Shown: one piece after another, positions 11,574 through 24,500 of the stretch
How positions within the stretch are numbered: position 1 is the first letter of the stretch
Layout of the letters: each line of letters starts with the position of its first letter
Origin: Neodothiora populina
Lineage: Eukaryota
Assembly: GCF_041146345.1 (NCBI RefSeq)
Contig: NW_027191408.1
Location: 1,054,001-1,118,000, forward strand
Length of the DNA stretch: 64,000 bases
Reading direction: 5' to 3'
Notes under the pieces: generated by a model
Databases searched by the model: none
Seen by the model: only the letters and a program-made list of their open reading frames with translations
What the model was told of the DNA's origin: nothing
Translations under genes and position numbers: made by a program

Positions 11574-13350
11574 CTAGAGGATGTTGCTCTTTCCGATGGA
11601 CTCGACGTGGAATCCAAGAGCCTCCAACTTTTCCACATCAAGGATACGTCTGCCATCGAACACGAAAGCTGGCTTCTGCATCAGTCCCATGACGCGCGAC
11701 CAGTCAAGGCGGCGTTCCTTCTTGATGTGCGTTCCGTGTGCAAAGACCGAGTCCTGGCGGCTTCCCTTGCCAGCCATCTCGATCGCGCTGTCTTCAGCCT
11801 CGGTGGGCGGGCTCGGTGTCGCCGCTGCGGCTCCGGCCTTGCTCTTGTTCGAGAACTCATCCCATTCGGTGAGGATGACAACAGCGTGCGCGTCCTCTGC
11901 AGCGTCGTATGGGTTGTCACAGACTGTGACGTACTCCTTGTAATCAACACAGCCAGCGATTTCCAACTCTTCCCAGATGTGCTCCTTTGTGACTTGAGGA
12001 TCGTAGATAGCAATGCGCGCTTGTTCTGCAACGAGGCTTTTCACCACTGAGATTGCCGCACTCTCGCGCGTGTCTGAGGTGTTCTTCTTGTATGCGAAAC
12101 CGAATACTCCGATTTTCTTGTGAGTGATGTTGTTGTAGAGACAACGGATGATACGCTTGGAGAAGCGATCCTTCTGCCTGCGAGATTGTTAGCAACCGAT
12201 CAAAAAGCTGCGCCATGGAGGCCCGCTTACCATTCGTTGATCTCAACAACTGATTGCCAGTAGTTTGCGACTTCGGGAAGATGAAGGCTCTCGGCCATGT
12301 ACGCCAGGTTCAGAACATCCTTGCGGAAACATGAGCCACCGAAACCAACCGAGGCTTGCAACATGCGCGAACCGATACGGGTGTCAGAGCCAGCAGCGCG
12401 GGCGATCTCACTGACATCGGCACCGGTGGCTTCGCAGATTGCGCTGAGCGCGTTGATGCTGCTAATGCGCTGTGCGAGGAGCGCGTTTGCGGCGAGCTTG
12501 GCCAACTCAGATGACCATAGGTTCATCTGAAGGATGCGCTCCCGGGGGACCCAGCTGGCGTACAGGTCCTCCAGCTTGTTGGCGGCAGCCTGTCCGGAAG
12601 GCAGGGCGCCGATGAGAATGCGGTCGGGTTGAAGAAGATCAGGGATGGTGGTTCCCTCGGCAAGGAACTCAGGGTTGGAGAGGATATCAAATCGCACTCC
12701 TTCATACGCGTCAGCTTGAAGGTTGGTGACATCAAAAGACACGGATACTGACCAGGCTTTCCCGTTTTCTCTAGAACCTCCCTCATAATGTCCGCTGTCC
12801 GGCAGGGTACAGTACTTTTCTCAACAATGATCTTGTCGCTCTCTGCCTCAGCAGCGATCATGCGAGTGGCTGACTCCAAGTATGCCAGGTTAGGTGCTCT
12901 ACCTGCACCAGTACCGGCAACCTTGGTTGGCGTGTTGACACAGACAAACACAATGTCAGCTCTCTTGATAGCGCCCCTGACATCGGTAGAAAAGAAGAGA
13001 TTCTGCTTTCTAGAGTGTCCATCGCGCGCAATCTTCAAGACCTCGGGCAGTCCAGGCTCATACAGAGGAAGCTTGTCGCTGTTCCATGCTATATGTGAAA
13101 ACAAAAGGTCAGCCCCGCGGACTGAAGCACCACGACACCTATAAGAATATACGAACCTGCAATACGAGGAACACTCAGATCGACAACGTTGACCTCTAGT
13201 TGAGGATTCTTCAATGCAAGCACTGCACCACTAGGAGCACCCTAATACGAGAGATGCTATCAGTCGAGGCCCGAGAAAGCTAATCATATGCGGAGACAAA
13301 CTTACGACGAAACCTGCGCCAACGAAGCACACGCTCTTGATATCACTCAT
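11574..13350 (-). CDS. UGD1: UDP-glucose 6-dehydrogenase (multi-exon)
   Basis: Rossmann [42 protein letters not shown], catalytic [31 protein letters not shown] introns join the ORF fragments. Confidence 0.95.
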
Positions 13351-14413
13351 AATTGCTAGTCGTTCTTTTTCTGGAGAGAGAGGATAAAACGAGTGTGTTT
13401 GATGAAAACTCAACGGAAAGCAGTTGGACACGATATGCTAAGATATCCTTTCCTCAAAGTTGTAGACGAAGAGTGAAGTTAATAGGTGAAAGGGCAAAGT
13501 GTACGAAGCAATGCAAATTAAACATGCGATTGGTCTCCCCTAAACATAACCGTTGTGGAAGACGTGCAGATGAGGGAAACGTTTGACGGCACAAGTACTG
13601 TGGTGGTACACTATCATCCCACCTTGCGCTCGCGCGTGCTGATTCGAGCCCTGAATACACATCTATAGCCCCATCTCACCCGTGAGCAATCAAAGCGTTT
13701 GTTCTAGGGTGAAATTCCCGTTTCTATCCCCTGCATTTAAACTTGGGCCCAAGGACTTGGCCTGAAATGCTAACGGCGCCTTCTTGAGTGCAATGACGCT
13801 TGGTGCACGAGAGGATGGCATTGTGAAGCCAGGGAAGGATCTTGCGGAACCAGGACCTGGAGATTTGTGGATCCCGTGGCGGAAGTCGCTTTGCTTAGCG
13901 GCCAAGCCTGCCAAGGTACCGCAAGCAGCAACCTCGTCAAGCACTTTCCACCCTGGTTTTTGCCGAGTATGCCCAATCATAGCGGCTCGACTCCCACCTT
14001 TCCGGCTCACATTGGGACGTCTCACAGGAACGGTATGCGCGTCCTACCGGTCATTGGTTTTGAACGGCTCTTAGTCTTGGTCGCCTCCTATGATCACTCC
14101 TGCGTCAAGTAATCAGCCCCGCAGGAGCGCATCGTGTCATGGGGAGATAACAAAAGTACTTCCGGCCAAGTCGGATTGCGGCTACGGCACCAAAGTGGGC
14201 ATGGTCTAATACTTGTATTGTGCACTAGACGACTAATTAAAAACACGGACGTGGCGTTGTCGGCTTCAAATGCTGGCCGGACTTTAATCGTGTGCATGAA
14301 CTCTCATTCTCCTACTTTGCTTTGTATACTATAGACCAACACCCTAGATTTGCTCGAAATTCAAATCCGGAGCCCTTCGTATCCAGTGGAGTTAGCAGAA
14401 ATACGAAGCAAAC

Positions 14414-15752
14414 ATGACGACACACAACATCAAGGGAGAAGATGGCTACAACATCAGTGAAGAAGCTGTCTCACCGTCTCCTTCAGAACAATTCAACATC
14501 ACCGACCAGGAGCAAGACGAACAGAGACTCGGACTGCTATCTGAAGATGTCGAGAAACAGAGCATCCCAGCAGAAGTCAAGGCAGAGAGTGTCAAGGAAG
14601 GAGCCGAATATCTAGTATCCACACGCAAAAAGCTCAGCTTTCTTGCAATCTACTTTGCACTGAATCTGGTATGTCCTTTTGCAACTCCAGTGTTGTGCCA
14701 CGAAGACTAACGACAGTAGGGATTGACGTTATACAACAAAGCTGTATTGGGCCCTGTATGTTATGCGATCCCATGGCCATTCCTGCAACTCTTGCTGACT
14801 TGACCAGTTCAAATTTCCATGGCTTCTCACGGCTCTTCATACAGCATTCGCGTCACTCGGATGTCTAGGGATCATGATCTTGATGCCCCACCATCTAAGG
14901 CTCACAAGACTGAGCAGACGGGAGAACTACATTTTAATAGCATTCTCTTTCCTTTTCACAATCAACATCGCCATCTCGAATGTCTCACTGTATGACTCCC
15001 GATCATCTTGCTATGGCCGGAGCATCCGCTGACATCGCCTTAGCGCTATGGTATCTGTGCCTTTCCACCAGATCGCCCGCTCAACGACACCTGTCGCTAC
15101 CGTCCTACTATACAAGTGGCTGGGTCGCAGCTACTCGACTGCGACTTATCTTGCATTGGTGCCAATCATCCTAGGTGTAGGACTTAGCACTTTCGGTGAC
15201 TATTATGCCACGTTGCTCGGCGCATCCCTCACCTTCTTCGGCGTGTTTCTCGCTGCTGTAAAGGTATGCCACCCCCTAGGGTTCCAAAGTCTTTACACAT
15301 GCTAACATGTTCAATTTCAGACTGTCGCGACGAACAGACTATTGACTGGATCTCTTAAACTACCTGCTCTCGAAGTCCTCTTGCGCATGGCTCCCCTTGC
15401 AGCGGTCCAATCACTTTTCTGGGCCTACGCTACTGGCGAAGTAGGCCGATTCGTCGAGTTTACCAATGAAGGTGGACTCACAGCGGGCATGATCATAGCT
15501 CTGCTCGGCAACGGATTCCTCGCTTTCTTACTCAACATCACTTCCTTCCAGACGAACAAGATGGCCGGCGCTCTCACATTAACAGTCTGCGGAAATGTCA
15601 AGCAGTGTCTCACTGTACTACTTGGAGTGCTACTGTTCAATGTTCACGTCGGCTTACTGAATGGAGTCGGAATGATGGTCGCACTAGGGGGTGCGGCATG
15701 GTACAGCAAAGTTGAGATTGACGCAAAGAGGGCGACTTCCGCGGGTCGATGA
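14414..15752 (+). CDS. TPT/DMT-family nucleotide-sugar transporter (multi-exon)
   Basis: Spliced product contains LTLYNKAVLG-FKFPWLLTALH, FTINIAISNVSL, VPFHQIARSTTPV and TSFQTNKMAGALTLTVCGNVKQ. Multiple hydrophobic helices. Confidence 0.9.
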
Positions 15753-17038
15753 TTGTGTTTCGTCATCTATGGACTTTTAGTGTCCACTTACTAGCTAATT
15801 CATGCTCATAGTGTTACTGTATGTTTGATATAGAACTAATATAATAAAATGGGTCTATCACGCATTGACACGAGAATGTGTTCTCGACCTTCTGTAATCA
15901 AACGCCGAGTCCGGAGGCAGATCGTGACGATTGGACGGGAAAATCATGTTGCTCATGGGTTTTCTGAGATACTGTACCCCAACATCCCGGTGATTGCGGA
16001 TTTGACAAGGTTCGCCTCCTCATGTTTCATCTCGATCACTCAAGCTTCAGTGGATTGTTCCGCTTCAATAGACACGGCAGCGATGATTACGCATTCCAGT
16101 CACACCAGTTCCACCAAGGATAATCTAGGGGTCAGGGAGTTTCTTGGGTGAGTGACAAACGGCTGTATAGACGTCGCTTGCAGGGACTCATAGATACCGA
16201 CAGGCAACGACCTCCGCTATCGAGCAGGGCAAAAGATCATCAGCTCCTTATCGATTTCTGATTTCCATTACGCCAACGGTCCTGAGACGTTGCGACTCAA
16301 CCCCCAACTGGGACTTCAGCTGCTTCTTGATCGCAACGTTGATAAACGTCCCCCTTCTATTCACTTAGGGGCGAACGCTCCACAGCTCTTGATCTGATGT
16401 ACAAGTATACTCCGCACCACATTGAAAGTACATTGAAAGTACATAGAGTGATTTTGTGGAAGGTGATCGTCCCTGGATTCTTAGCGACCGTTTCCAGGAT
16501 ATCGCCTGCCAAGTATTTTAGGGCGATCGCGAAAAGCGGCAAGAAGGCCCTGGTATTACATGGAAGAACGCCGAGACGCCGTGCAGTGAGAATCTGATAA
16601 AACTCCACTTGGTGCTTCTAAAAGGATCATGCAAGCTGAAGGATGCCGATCTAGCCTTCTCGCGCTTGACCTCCTATTTTTGACGGCGCTGCATGTGGTG
16701 CACACCAGGGTGGATAACAATACAGTAGCATCTGACATCCGTGCCCACCAGCCTTCTACATCCAATCTCGTGGCACGCGGGTGATGCTCGAGGGGCCCCT
16801 GATATATAACGATTAAACGCCACTCTAGTCTACAGCATCAAGAGTTTCCTTCTAGTGGCATGCTCGGATCGAACCCTTACTACAATTTGATCTTGCAGTA
16901 CAGAGTGTAATATCAAACACATCAGCGCCTGATTTCGCGCATGATCTATTGACCACGGCTCTTCCACGCGCTGGCTGGATACGAAATTCTATTCAGCATT
17001 GTCCATAATAGTTAACAGTGATCCGTACCTTATACATC

Positions 17039-18603
17039 ATGTTAGCACACCCAGCGACGCTGCTGCGCAATGCGAGTAGGCCAGTTGTTGCGCTCTTCGC
17101 AGCTGTTCCAGTCTTATTTCTTTTCTGGTATCTCTTTGCCGGAGTATGTACACGTCCACTGCTGTCGAACAGGCCTCTTATACTGACCAGATGCGCCCAG
17201 ACATTGCATCCATTGCCACAAGGAGCGCTGCACTATTTGATTCCGGCGACGAGTAGCAATACCGATCTTTGCAAGCTCCTCGTATCTGGACAGATCCTTC
17301 ATTATCCGATACCAGCTCTCATCAATTGGGGAGCACCAGAGGCCAAGGATGCGTACAAGCAACATCTTGCCAAAATCGAGACTATTCTCAATTATCTCAA
17401 TAAACTGCAAGCCACGAAAACTGCGGCAGACGATGATCTGATTTTGATTCTCGATGGCTTTGACATCTGGCTGCAATTACATCATGAAGTACTGATCAAG
17501 CGTTACTTCAAGGTCATCGATGACACAAATGCCCGGTCCGAGGCTTTGTATGGCCATCCGGCTCGCCACTCGGTTCTGTAGGTGTATCTTGTATACCGGA
17601 GCTATGTCCATTTCACTAATGTTCATTCAGCTTCGGTCCGGACAAGATCTGCTGGCCTATTGATTTCTCCCGACCGGCTTGCTGGGCTGTTCCTGACTTG
17701 CCACTTGATCGAGGCGCTTTCGGACCACCTGCGGGCACGGAAGATCACAATATGCCACGTTGGTTGAACTCTGGAACCATCATGGGTCCTCTTGGTGACA
17801 TGCGGGATATGTTCCAAGCGACCTTGGATCTGACGCAGAAGAATCATACCACCGATTCAGATCAATTCTATTTCGCTAACGTTTGGGGCGACCAAGAATA
17901 TGCCCGTCTCAGCTCTGACCCTACGCGCCTACAGAAGCGAATGGACATCATTGATCCTCAGGAGTCTAGGATAAGAGAGAGCTCACATTTTAGAGCTGCT
18001 TCCGTCATCGAGCCTGGCCAGAGGACTGAATACTTTGTCACCCTCGACTATCTATCTGAACTGTTCCAAACCCTTGCATTTTACAAGGGCTTCCTTACCT
18101 GGATGCGGCCAGACCACTCCTGGACTCCTTCAGTAGCAGGCGAATACCCTGGTGTCGAACGCTACAAATTCGAAGTGCCCCAGGACGTTATTGACTCACC
18201 AAGCCCGTATGCTGATCTCAAGACCTACAACGGAACCATGACTACAGCCCAAGCCGGTCTGGCATCACGTATGTGGGAGAATATTGAACTATGCATCAAC
18301 ACCATCACCAACCAGGTGCCTGTCTCTCTTCACTTTACCGGTGAGAAGGGTCTCCGAGCTATCTGGTGGGAGAAGATCTGGTTCCAGGCCGAGTCGCGTC
18401 TTCTCAGACAGGCAGCTCTTGCGGCTCCGGAGCGTCCCCTTAATGGTGGAAAGCCTATTAACGGCAAAGTGTGGGTGAACGGTCTGCCGCCAGGCTCGGA
18501 CGGTGATAGATCTGGAGCCATGGGCGACAACGAGGAATTTCTCACCTGGGACAGGCTCTGTGCCACGCATGAGCACTGGGTGTTTGACAACCACGCTGCA
18601 TGA
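17039..18603 (+). CDS. Type II membrane protein with PLOD/LH3-like glycosyltransferase-like domain, motifs intact (3 exons)
   Basis: N-terminal TM segment. Introns 17144-17200 and 17578-17630. Motifs ILILDGFDIW, LFGPDKICWP, RWLNSGTIMG, SDQFYF and LHFTG parallel PLOD GT motifs (DSYD, FSAE..CWP, FLNSG, DDQ, HGNG). Confidence 0.78.
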
Positions 18604-18921
18604 GAACCATTTCCGGCTCATACGTGAAGAAGGAGGGCGCTTACTTTCTACTTGTGGTAATTTAGGGGCTCTTGGCATTATTGGGAGTTGATTGCGTTTG
18701 CTTGCCGAAATTTATGTGGACCGGTATCAAATACGTTCATGTCATGCAATAGAAAGGGTCGGAACAGTATTATGCGTAATGCTATGAATGAGGAGAAACA
18801 TAGCACTTGTTGGACTTATTTGGTGCACCTTTTTAAACCCGCACGGGACAGTGTGCGCGTTCGATGCAATTATTGGAGAGTCGAATATATCCTTAATCAT
18901 CTAACCAAATGTAACGATAAT

Positions 18922-20349
18922 TCAAAGTTTCCACTCACGCCTGCCTACCAGCTTCTGCTTGTCCAGAGTCCTCCTACCCTCAGGCCCCTCCTCGAGCCCG
19001 TTCTTCTTACCCTCAGGCACATCCCTCCATGCGAACTTCTTCGTATACGCCGTCTGTCTACGTTCAACAACATCAACCACGTGCTCGCCCAGCACAGGCA
19101 AGAACTTGAAGCCATGTCCACTGCCTCCACTCGCCACCATCAAGCCCTTGGCGCCAGGGACATAGTCGATCAGGAACGAGTTATCCACGCTGTCAGTATA
19201 CCAGCACAAACGCCCTCTCTGCATATCTAGCTCAAGCAGATCAGGCATATTCTCCCTGCAAAAGGCCCGGCACGCCTCGAGTGCTCTCTGCGGAACCACA
19301 TCGAGATCAGTCTTGGGATACGAGATCAATCGACCCTCAGGGTCACGGGTGGGTGGCCACGCGTAGTTCGTGTACTTGACGCCTCTGAAGCCGAACTTGA
19401 TAAGTCCGTCTGCAGTACGAGGGAAGCTGTACAGCCCGCCTGTGCTGGTGCCGGTGCCTGCCGGGCCGTAGTTCTGTATCTTCCAGCTCCACACGGGGAA
19501 TTTTTCCGGCGAGTACTTGTCCCAGAGATCACGTCGATCTTCGGGAAGTTTGACGAGGACAATGCTGCCTGCTGTGGTTTCGAGGAGGCGGTCTGCTTGG
19601 GGTACAAGAGATGGTGTCCATCCTCCTGCTGCTATGATCACGAGATCTGCATGGTGGGTGAGCCCATCTGCTGTTCTGATGCCGGTCACGGTGTCTTCGC
19701 TCTTGATCAATGAAGTCAATTCTCCCACCTTGGGACCAAGATGCGCATGGACGCCGGCTTTGACGCACAGATGCAAGGCATACGCACATGCTTTGCTTGC
19801 GAGAAGGAAGCCCGCGGTGGTGTCGAGGATGCCATCTGTCTCTAGCCTACGTTCGGCACGTCTGAAGGGATCAATCTTGGCTGCCGGGATTCCGTGCACG
19901 AGGGCATCTTTCACTCTCTGTGGGTCTGTGATGCGATACTGAGTATGCTTTATGTGCTCAGGGAAATGCTTCTGTGTCTCTTCCTCGAATTCATCACATT
20001 TGTTGCCAATGCGAAGGAACCCACAGTTCTCCCACAGTTTGTCCTCCTTGGACAGGGTCGCGGGGAGGTCATCCGCATTTCTGATTTCGTGGTTCCACTT
20101 GTCCCATTCCTCCATAGCGCCAAAGGCCATGTCCTGATAGAGTTCTTCTTTGCCGTAGGACGCGCGCAGAATCTTGTTTTCATCTGCACTGGCTGCATCG
20201 CAGCCTTGCGAGACGGCATATCCGTTCCGGTCATACTCCTGTTTGTCAAATATGTGAATGTCTTTGTAACCTCTACGAGAGAGATGCAGTGCGCTGGTCA
20301 AGCCGGATACGCCTGCTCCTACGATCACTATCCTTGCCGATTTATCCAT
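18922..20349 (-). CDS. FAD-dependent oxidoreductase, sarcosine/fructosyl-amine/pipecolate oxidase family
   Basis: GAGVSG dinucleotide-binding motif, ASADENKILR, CWYTDS, GGSGHGFKFLPVLG. Confidence 0.9.
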   Translation of the reverse strand: MDKSARIVIVGAGVSGLTSALHLSRRGYKDIHIFDKQEYDRNGYAVSQGCDAASADENKILRASYGKEELYQDMAFGAMEEWDKWNHEIRNADDLPATLSKEDKLWENCGFLRIGNKCDEFEEETQKHFPEHIKHTQYRITDPQRVKDALVHGIPAAKIDPFRRAERRLETDGILDTTAGFLLASKACAYALHLCVKAGVHAHLGPKVGELTSLIKSEDTVTGIRTADGLTHHADLVIIAAGGWTPSLVPQADRLLETTAGSIVLVKLPEDRRDLWDKYSPEKFPVWSWKIQNYGPAGTGTSTGGLYSFPRTADGLIKFGFRGVKYTNYAWPPTRDPEGRLISYPKTDLDVVPQRALEACRAFCRENMPDLLELDMQRGRLCWYTDSVDNSFLIDYVPGAKGLMVASGGSGHGFKFLPVLGEHVVDVVERRQTAYTKKFAWRDVPEGKKNGLEEGPEGRRTLDKQKLVGRREWKL

Positions 20350-21545
20350 ATTACTATGCAGGTGAGGAGAGTTGTGTTTCTGCTCGTCACGAAATGGTAG
20401 ATATTAAGGATATCAAAACGGGGCAATGTTCACGAACGGCACCTCATGAAACACCATCAGATATAGCTGAACTGCCTAATACTTCTCATATTCACCCTTC
20501 AGTAACTGATATCTTGCATCGACTCGAGGTCGGGATATTCGTAGAGTCTTGGCCGAGACGGTAGATAGGGCAGCTAAAACCCCACCCTCTTGTGGCTCGT
20601 TTACCTGAACATGTTTATGGCGTGAGTCTACAAACAGTGATCGCGCAAAGATGAATGAACAGACAGCTATAGCACCCGGCCGGATAGAATAGCTTCCTAA
20701 GCGATGTGGTCCGGATACCGGCATCTTCTGAAAGTGGTCAGACAGCACCGAGTCAAGGCGCTCAGTCTACTACAGCTATCAATGCTTTCGCTAGTACATT
20801 TACCAGACGCCGTCCGGGCAGCTTGTGGAGCCCACAGTAAGCACGTCCAACCTCGCGCAAGCATGAGTCGAGGTTGCTACAGGCCAAGAGTTCCAAGAAT
20901 CAGCTATTGCACAGTCACAACATTGGCATTACTAGAGCGAGTCTGGTTTGTGCGACTGAAGCTTATAACGCCCTTCTGGCGGGTCAAGACGGCAATCCAC
21001 ATCCGAAAGTGTCGCGGCACCCAGCAACTTATATTATCATGCATGCATAGGTGGTGTACGCCTGACACGTCAGGTGCCAATGGCAAAGAGAAGAATGAAG
21101 GCATCTATTTCAGTCATATCAATCAATTATAGCGCTTATTGGAGATATAGAACCGAAAGCAGGGACAGTCTCCGTACATCCGTACCAGAGATGATCGGAT
21201 GGCGTGTTTCAACGCTTGACTTGATCAAGCTGGGCTGGAGGGGATCAATCCGGAGTAAGGCAGGGGCGGCTAAGGCAGGATAGGGCTGACAAACTATTGC
21301 AGTGTTGACCTCCTTCGTGTTACGTCAGATAGTCTAATTAAATCAGGTTCTTCCAGAGGGGGAGGGAGTAGGCAGCAGAATGCTTACAAAATGAGTTAGG
21401 TACTCGAGCGAGTCGAGGAAGCTGAATGCATGTTGCTCTTTTCTTTCTTTTCATCCAATCTTAATTGCCATTGGCATCATCATATGCTTCTAGTAGGCTG
21501 GTCCTATATCACTTTCCGCGTCCGAGACGTGCATCTTCCCCAGTT

Positions 21546-24500
21546 ATGACGACGTGGAGCAGAGATCAGGAAGAGGAATATCAGCGACGCTACAAAGCGC
21601 CTTATACTTCCCATCGTCCGATCCCTACTATACAGAAATACGAGCAGGAGAAGGAGCAAAGGCAAGAGAATGCAAGCCAATATGCAAAGCCGCGCGCTTC
21701 ATCGTCAAAACAAGAGAGTGATGACGCTGCAAACCGCTACCTATGGTCTAATGAGCACAGCCAAAATGCGTCCGAAGACGAAGGGCCAGACCAACCTGAA
21801 AGTCGTGTAGAGGAGAAAGAAAGTGGATTAACTCGCCGACAAAGGACTCCTTTTAATAGCGGAGGGAAGGAAAGCAAGAATAATGAAGAAAGTCGCATCA
21901 CCGAAGACACATCAGAGGCAGTCACCAGCACGCTGTCCCCCAAACAGCGCCGCAAAACGCTGGGTAAGCGCCGAGGATCCAGAGCAGAGCGAGAAGTAAC
22001 AGACCCGGTCACGCACTTGCCTGTTAGAATACACGACCTCCAGTCCTCGGACTTGAAAAAAGTTCCGGAGAACCTGGCTCCACCTGGCTCTGACTTCAGG
22101 ACTGCGACGGGTCTGGCGGGCAAGACCAAGGACGATGACGAGCTGAGGGCTGAGACCGCCGAGGGCCAGCGATATCATAATGAAATGGAGAATCTATTTC
22201 CTCCTCCAGAGTATGAAGCTGTGAAGCAACAGCTTGTTGGCGTCTACTCGAGAGGTATTGTCATCGGTCTGGTCTCAATGGCTGTAATTGGATACACACT
22301 ACTTGCTGTAGAGAGAGGCTTTGGCGGGAGAGATACTTTACGTGTCTACGTGACGGGTTCTGGTATCAGCTTGGCTGGTGTTGCCGCTGTAATCGTCATC
22401 ATTGCAGCTGTGCGCAGATGGATGAACAATAGGATCAGTACGATTTGGGAGGAGGAGCTGTGGCATGCTCAGAGGCATGACACCAAAGCGCCTTCTAACA
22501 ATTCTCATGGAGACAACGAGGTTCAGGAGAGCACTCATTGGCTGAACAATATCCTAGCATCTATCTGGCCGTTGGTCAATCCCGATCTGTTCATAAGCTT
22601 GGCCGATACACTAGAGGACGTCATGCAAGCTAGTCTTCCCAGTATAGTCAGGATGGTTTCAATCGATGACATTGGGCAAGGCAGCGAGTCTGTTCGCATC
22701 CTAGGTGTTAGATGGCTGCCGACTGGTGCAGCAGCTCGTTCTGTTGGCTCGGATGGTAAACTCAGTGAGAGAGAAGACAAGGACCACCACAATGATCGCT
22801 CTGTGCCCGGAGAAGGAGATGTCGATCAGAATGCAGCCCAGGACGATGGGCAGTCTCAAGGAACCGATACGAAAAACCAGAATGGTAATCAGCAGGATCA
22901 GACACAGGTTGCCGAGGGAATGGAGGCCGAAGAGGGCGATTTTATAAACCTCGAGGTCGCCTTCTCGTATCGTACACGTTCCTCTGCTAAGAAGTTCCGC
23001 GAGCGCGCGAAACATGCACACCTCTACATCGCCTTTTATCTGCCTGGCCGCATCAAGCTACCTGTATATGTTGACTTGAGAGGTATCGTTGGTATCGCAA
23101 GAATCCGCCTGCAACTAACACCAGACCCGCCGTTCTTCAGTTTGATGACATTCACCTTCTTAGGCCAGCCAAAGGTAGATCTGGCTTGCCTACCTCTCAC
23201 TCAAAAGGGCCTGAATATTATGGACCTGCCGGTGATTTCTCGCTTTGTGCAGAGTGCCGTCGACGCCGCGATGGCTGAATATGTTGCACCCAAGAGCATG
23301 ACTCTTGATCTGAAAGATATGCTCGCAGGAGAAGACTTCAAGAAAGACACAACGGCAAGAGGCGTCATCGTCTGCAAGATCAAGCGTGCATTTGACTTCA
23401 AGCAGGGTGACCCTGGCATCCCTCTAATCCGCGAGGGATCGGCTGATCCATACGTTACTGTTGGATGGGCCAAGTTCGTCAAACCTCTATGGTCAACTCG
23501 CGTCATCTTGTCCGAAATGGAGCCACACTGGGAAGAAACAGCGTTCCTTCTCGTGACGCCAGATGAGCTTAACGTGGACGAGAGACTACGTGTTCAGCTG
23601 TGGGACTCCGATCGTGTGACCGCTGATGACGACCTTGGAAGAATCGAAATGGACATCAAAGAAGTGATGCGAAGCCCAGAAACGAGAGGCAAGATGTGCG
23701 ACAGAGTTGATGGTTTCAAGGCTCTGAAAGCAGGAGAAGGCATGCCTGGAAAGCTCGAATGGAGCGTTGGGTATTTCCCAAAGACACACATCAACGATGT
23801 TCAGCTGAAACAGCAGACTGCCGAGCCTGACATAAGAACTCAGGAGGTCTTTGACCGCCACATCGACGAGATCAGTGCAAGAAAGCTTCGTGAGGCCAAG
23901 AAAGACGAGACGAGCGAGCGTGAACAACTGCGTCTCCAGCAATACAAGGAGTACGAAGATCGCATGATCATCTCAGCACCTCCGCTACCAGAATTTCCTA
24001 GTGGTATTCTGGCAATCCAGATTCACGAAGCTACCGGTGTCGAAGTCCGAGCACTCCACAATGCCAGCCGTCACAACAACGATCAGGAGCATAGTGACGA
24101 GGAAGAGCAAAGCGAGGAGTTGCCCTCTTGCTACTGCAACATAATTCTCAACCATCAAAAGATCTATCGCACTCGCGTAAAACCGAAGAATCAAAAACCG
24201 TTCTTTAATGCCGGCACTGAAAGGTTTATCCGTGATTGGCGCAACACTGTCGTTCACATCGCCGTAAGAGATTCGCGTGTGCATGAAGATGATCCACTTA
24301 TAGGCATGGTCAGACTGCCGCTTGGAGACATTTTCAATGACAAGTCTCAAATCAACAACACCTATCCACTTCATGGGGGTGTTGGATACGGACGAGTACG
24401 CGTATCATTGGTCTTCCGTGCTGTCAATCTGCAGGCGCCTCGAAATCTGATCGGATGGGATTACGGTACGCTTGTCATCAATTCCGAAATCACGGGCAAG

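Noticed and set aside
16397..16597. ORF with TLKVHRVIL resembling a BTB motif
   Set aside because: The motif overlaps an 11-bp tandem duplication (acattgaaagt) and no other BTB features are present.
17144..17200. In-frame 57-nt intron in GT-like B as a regulated retention event
   Set aside because: Short 3n stop-free introns arise often by chance, and the encoded peptide has no notable feature.
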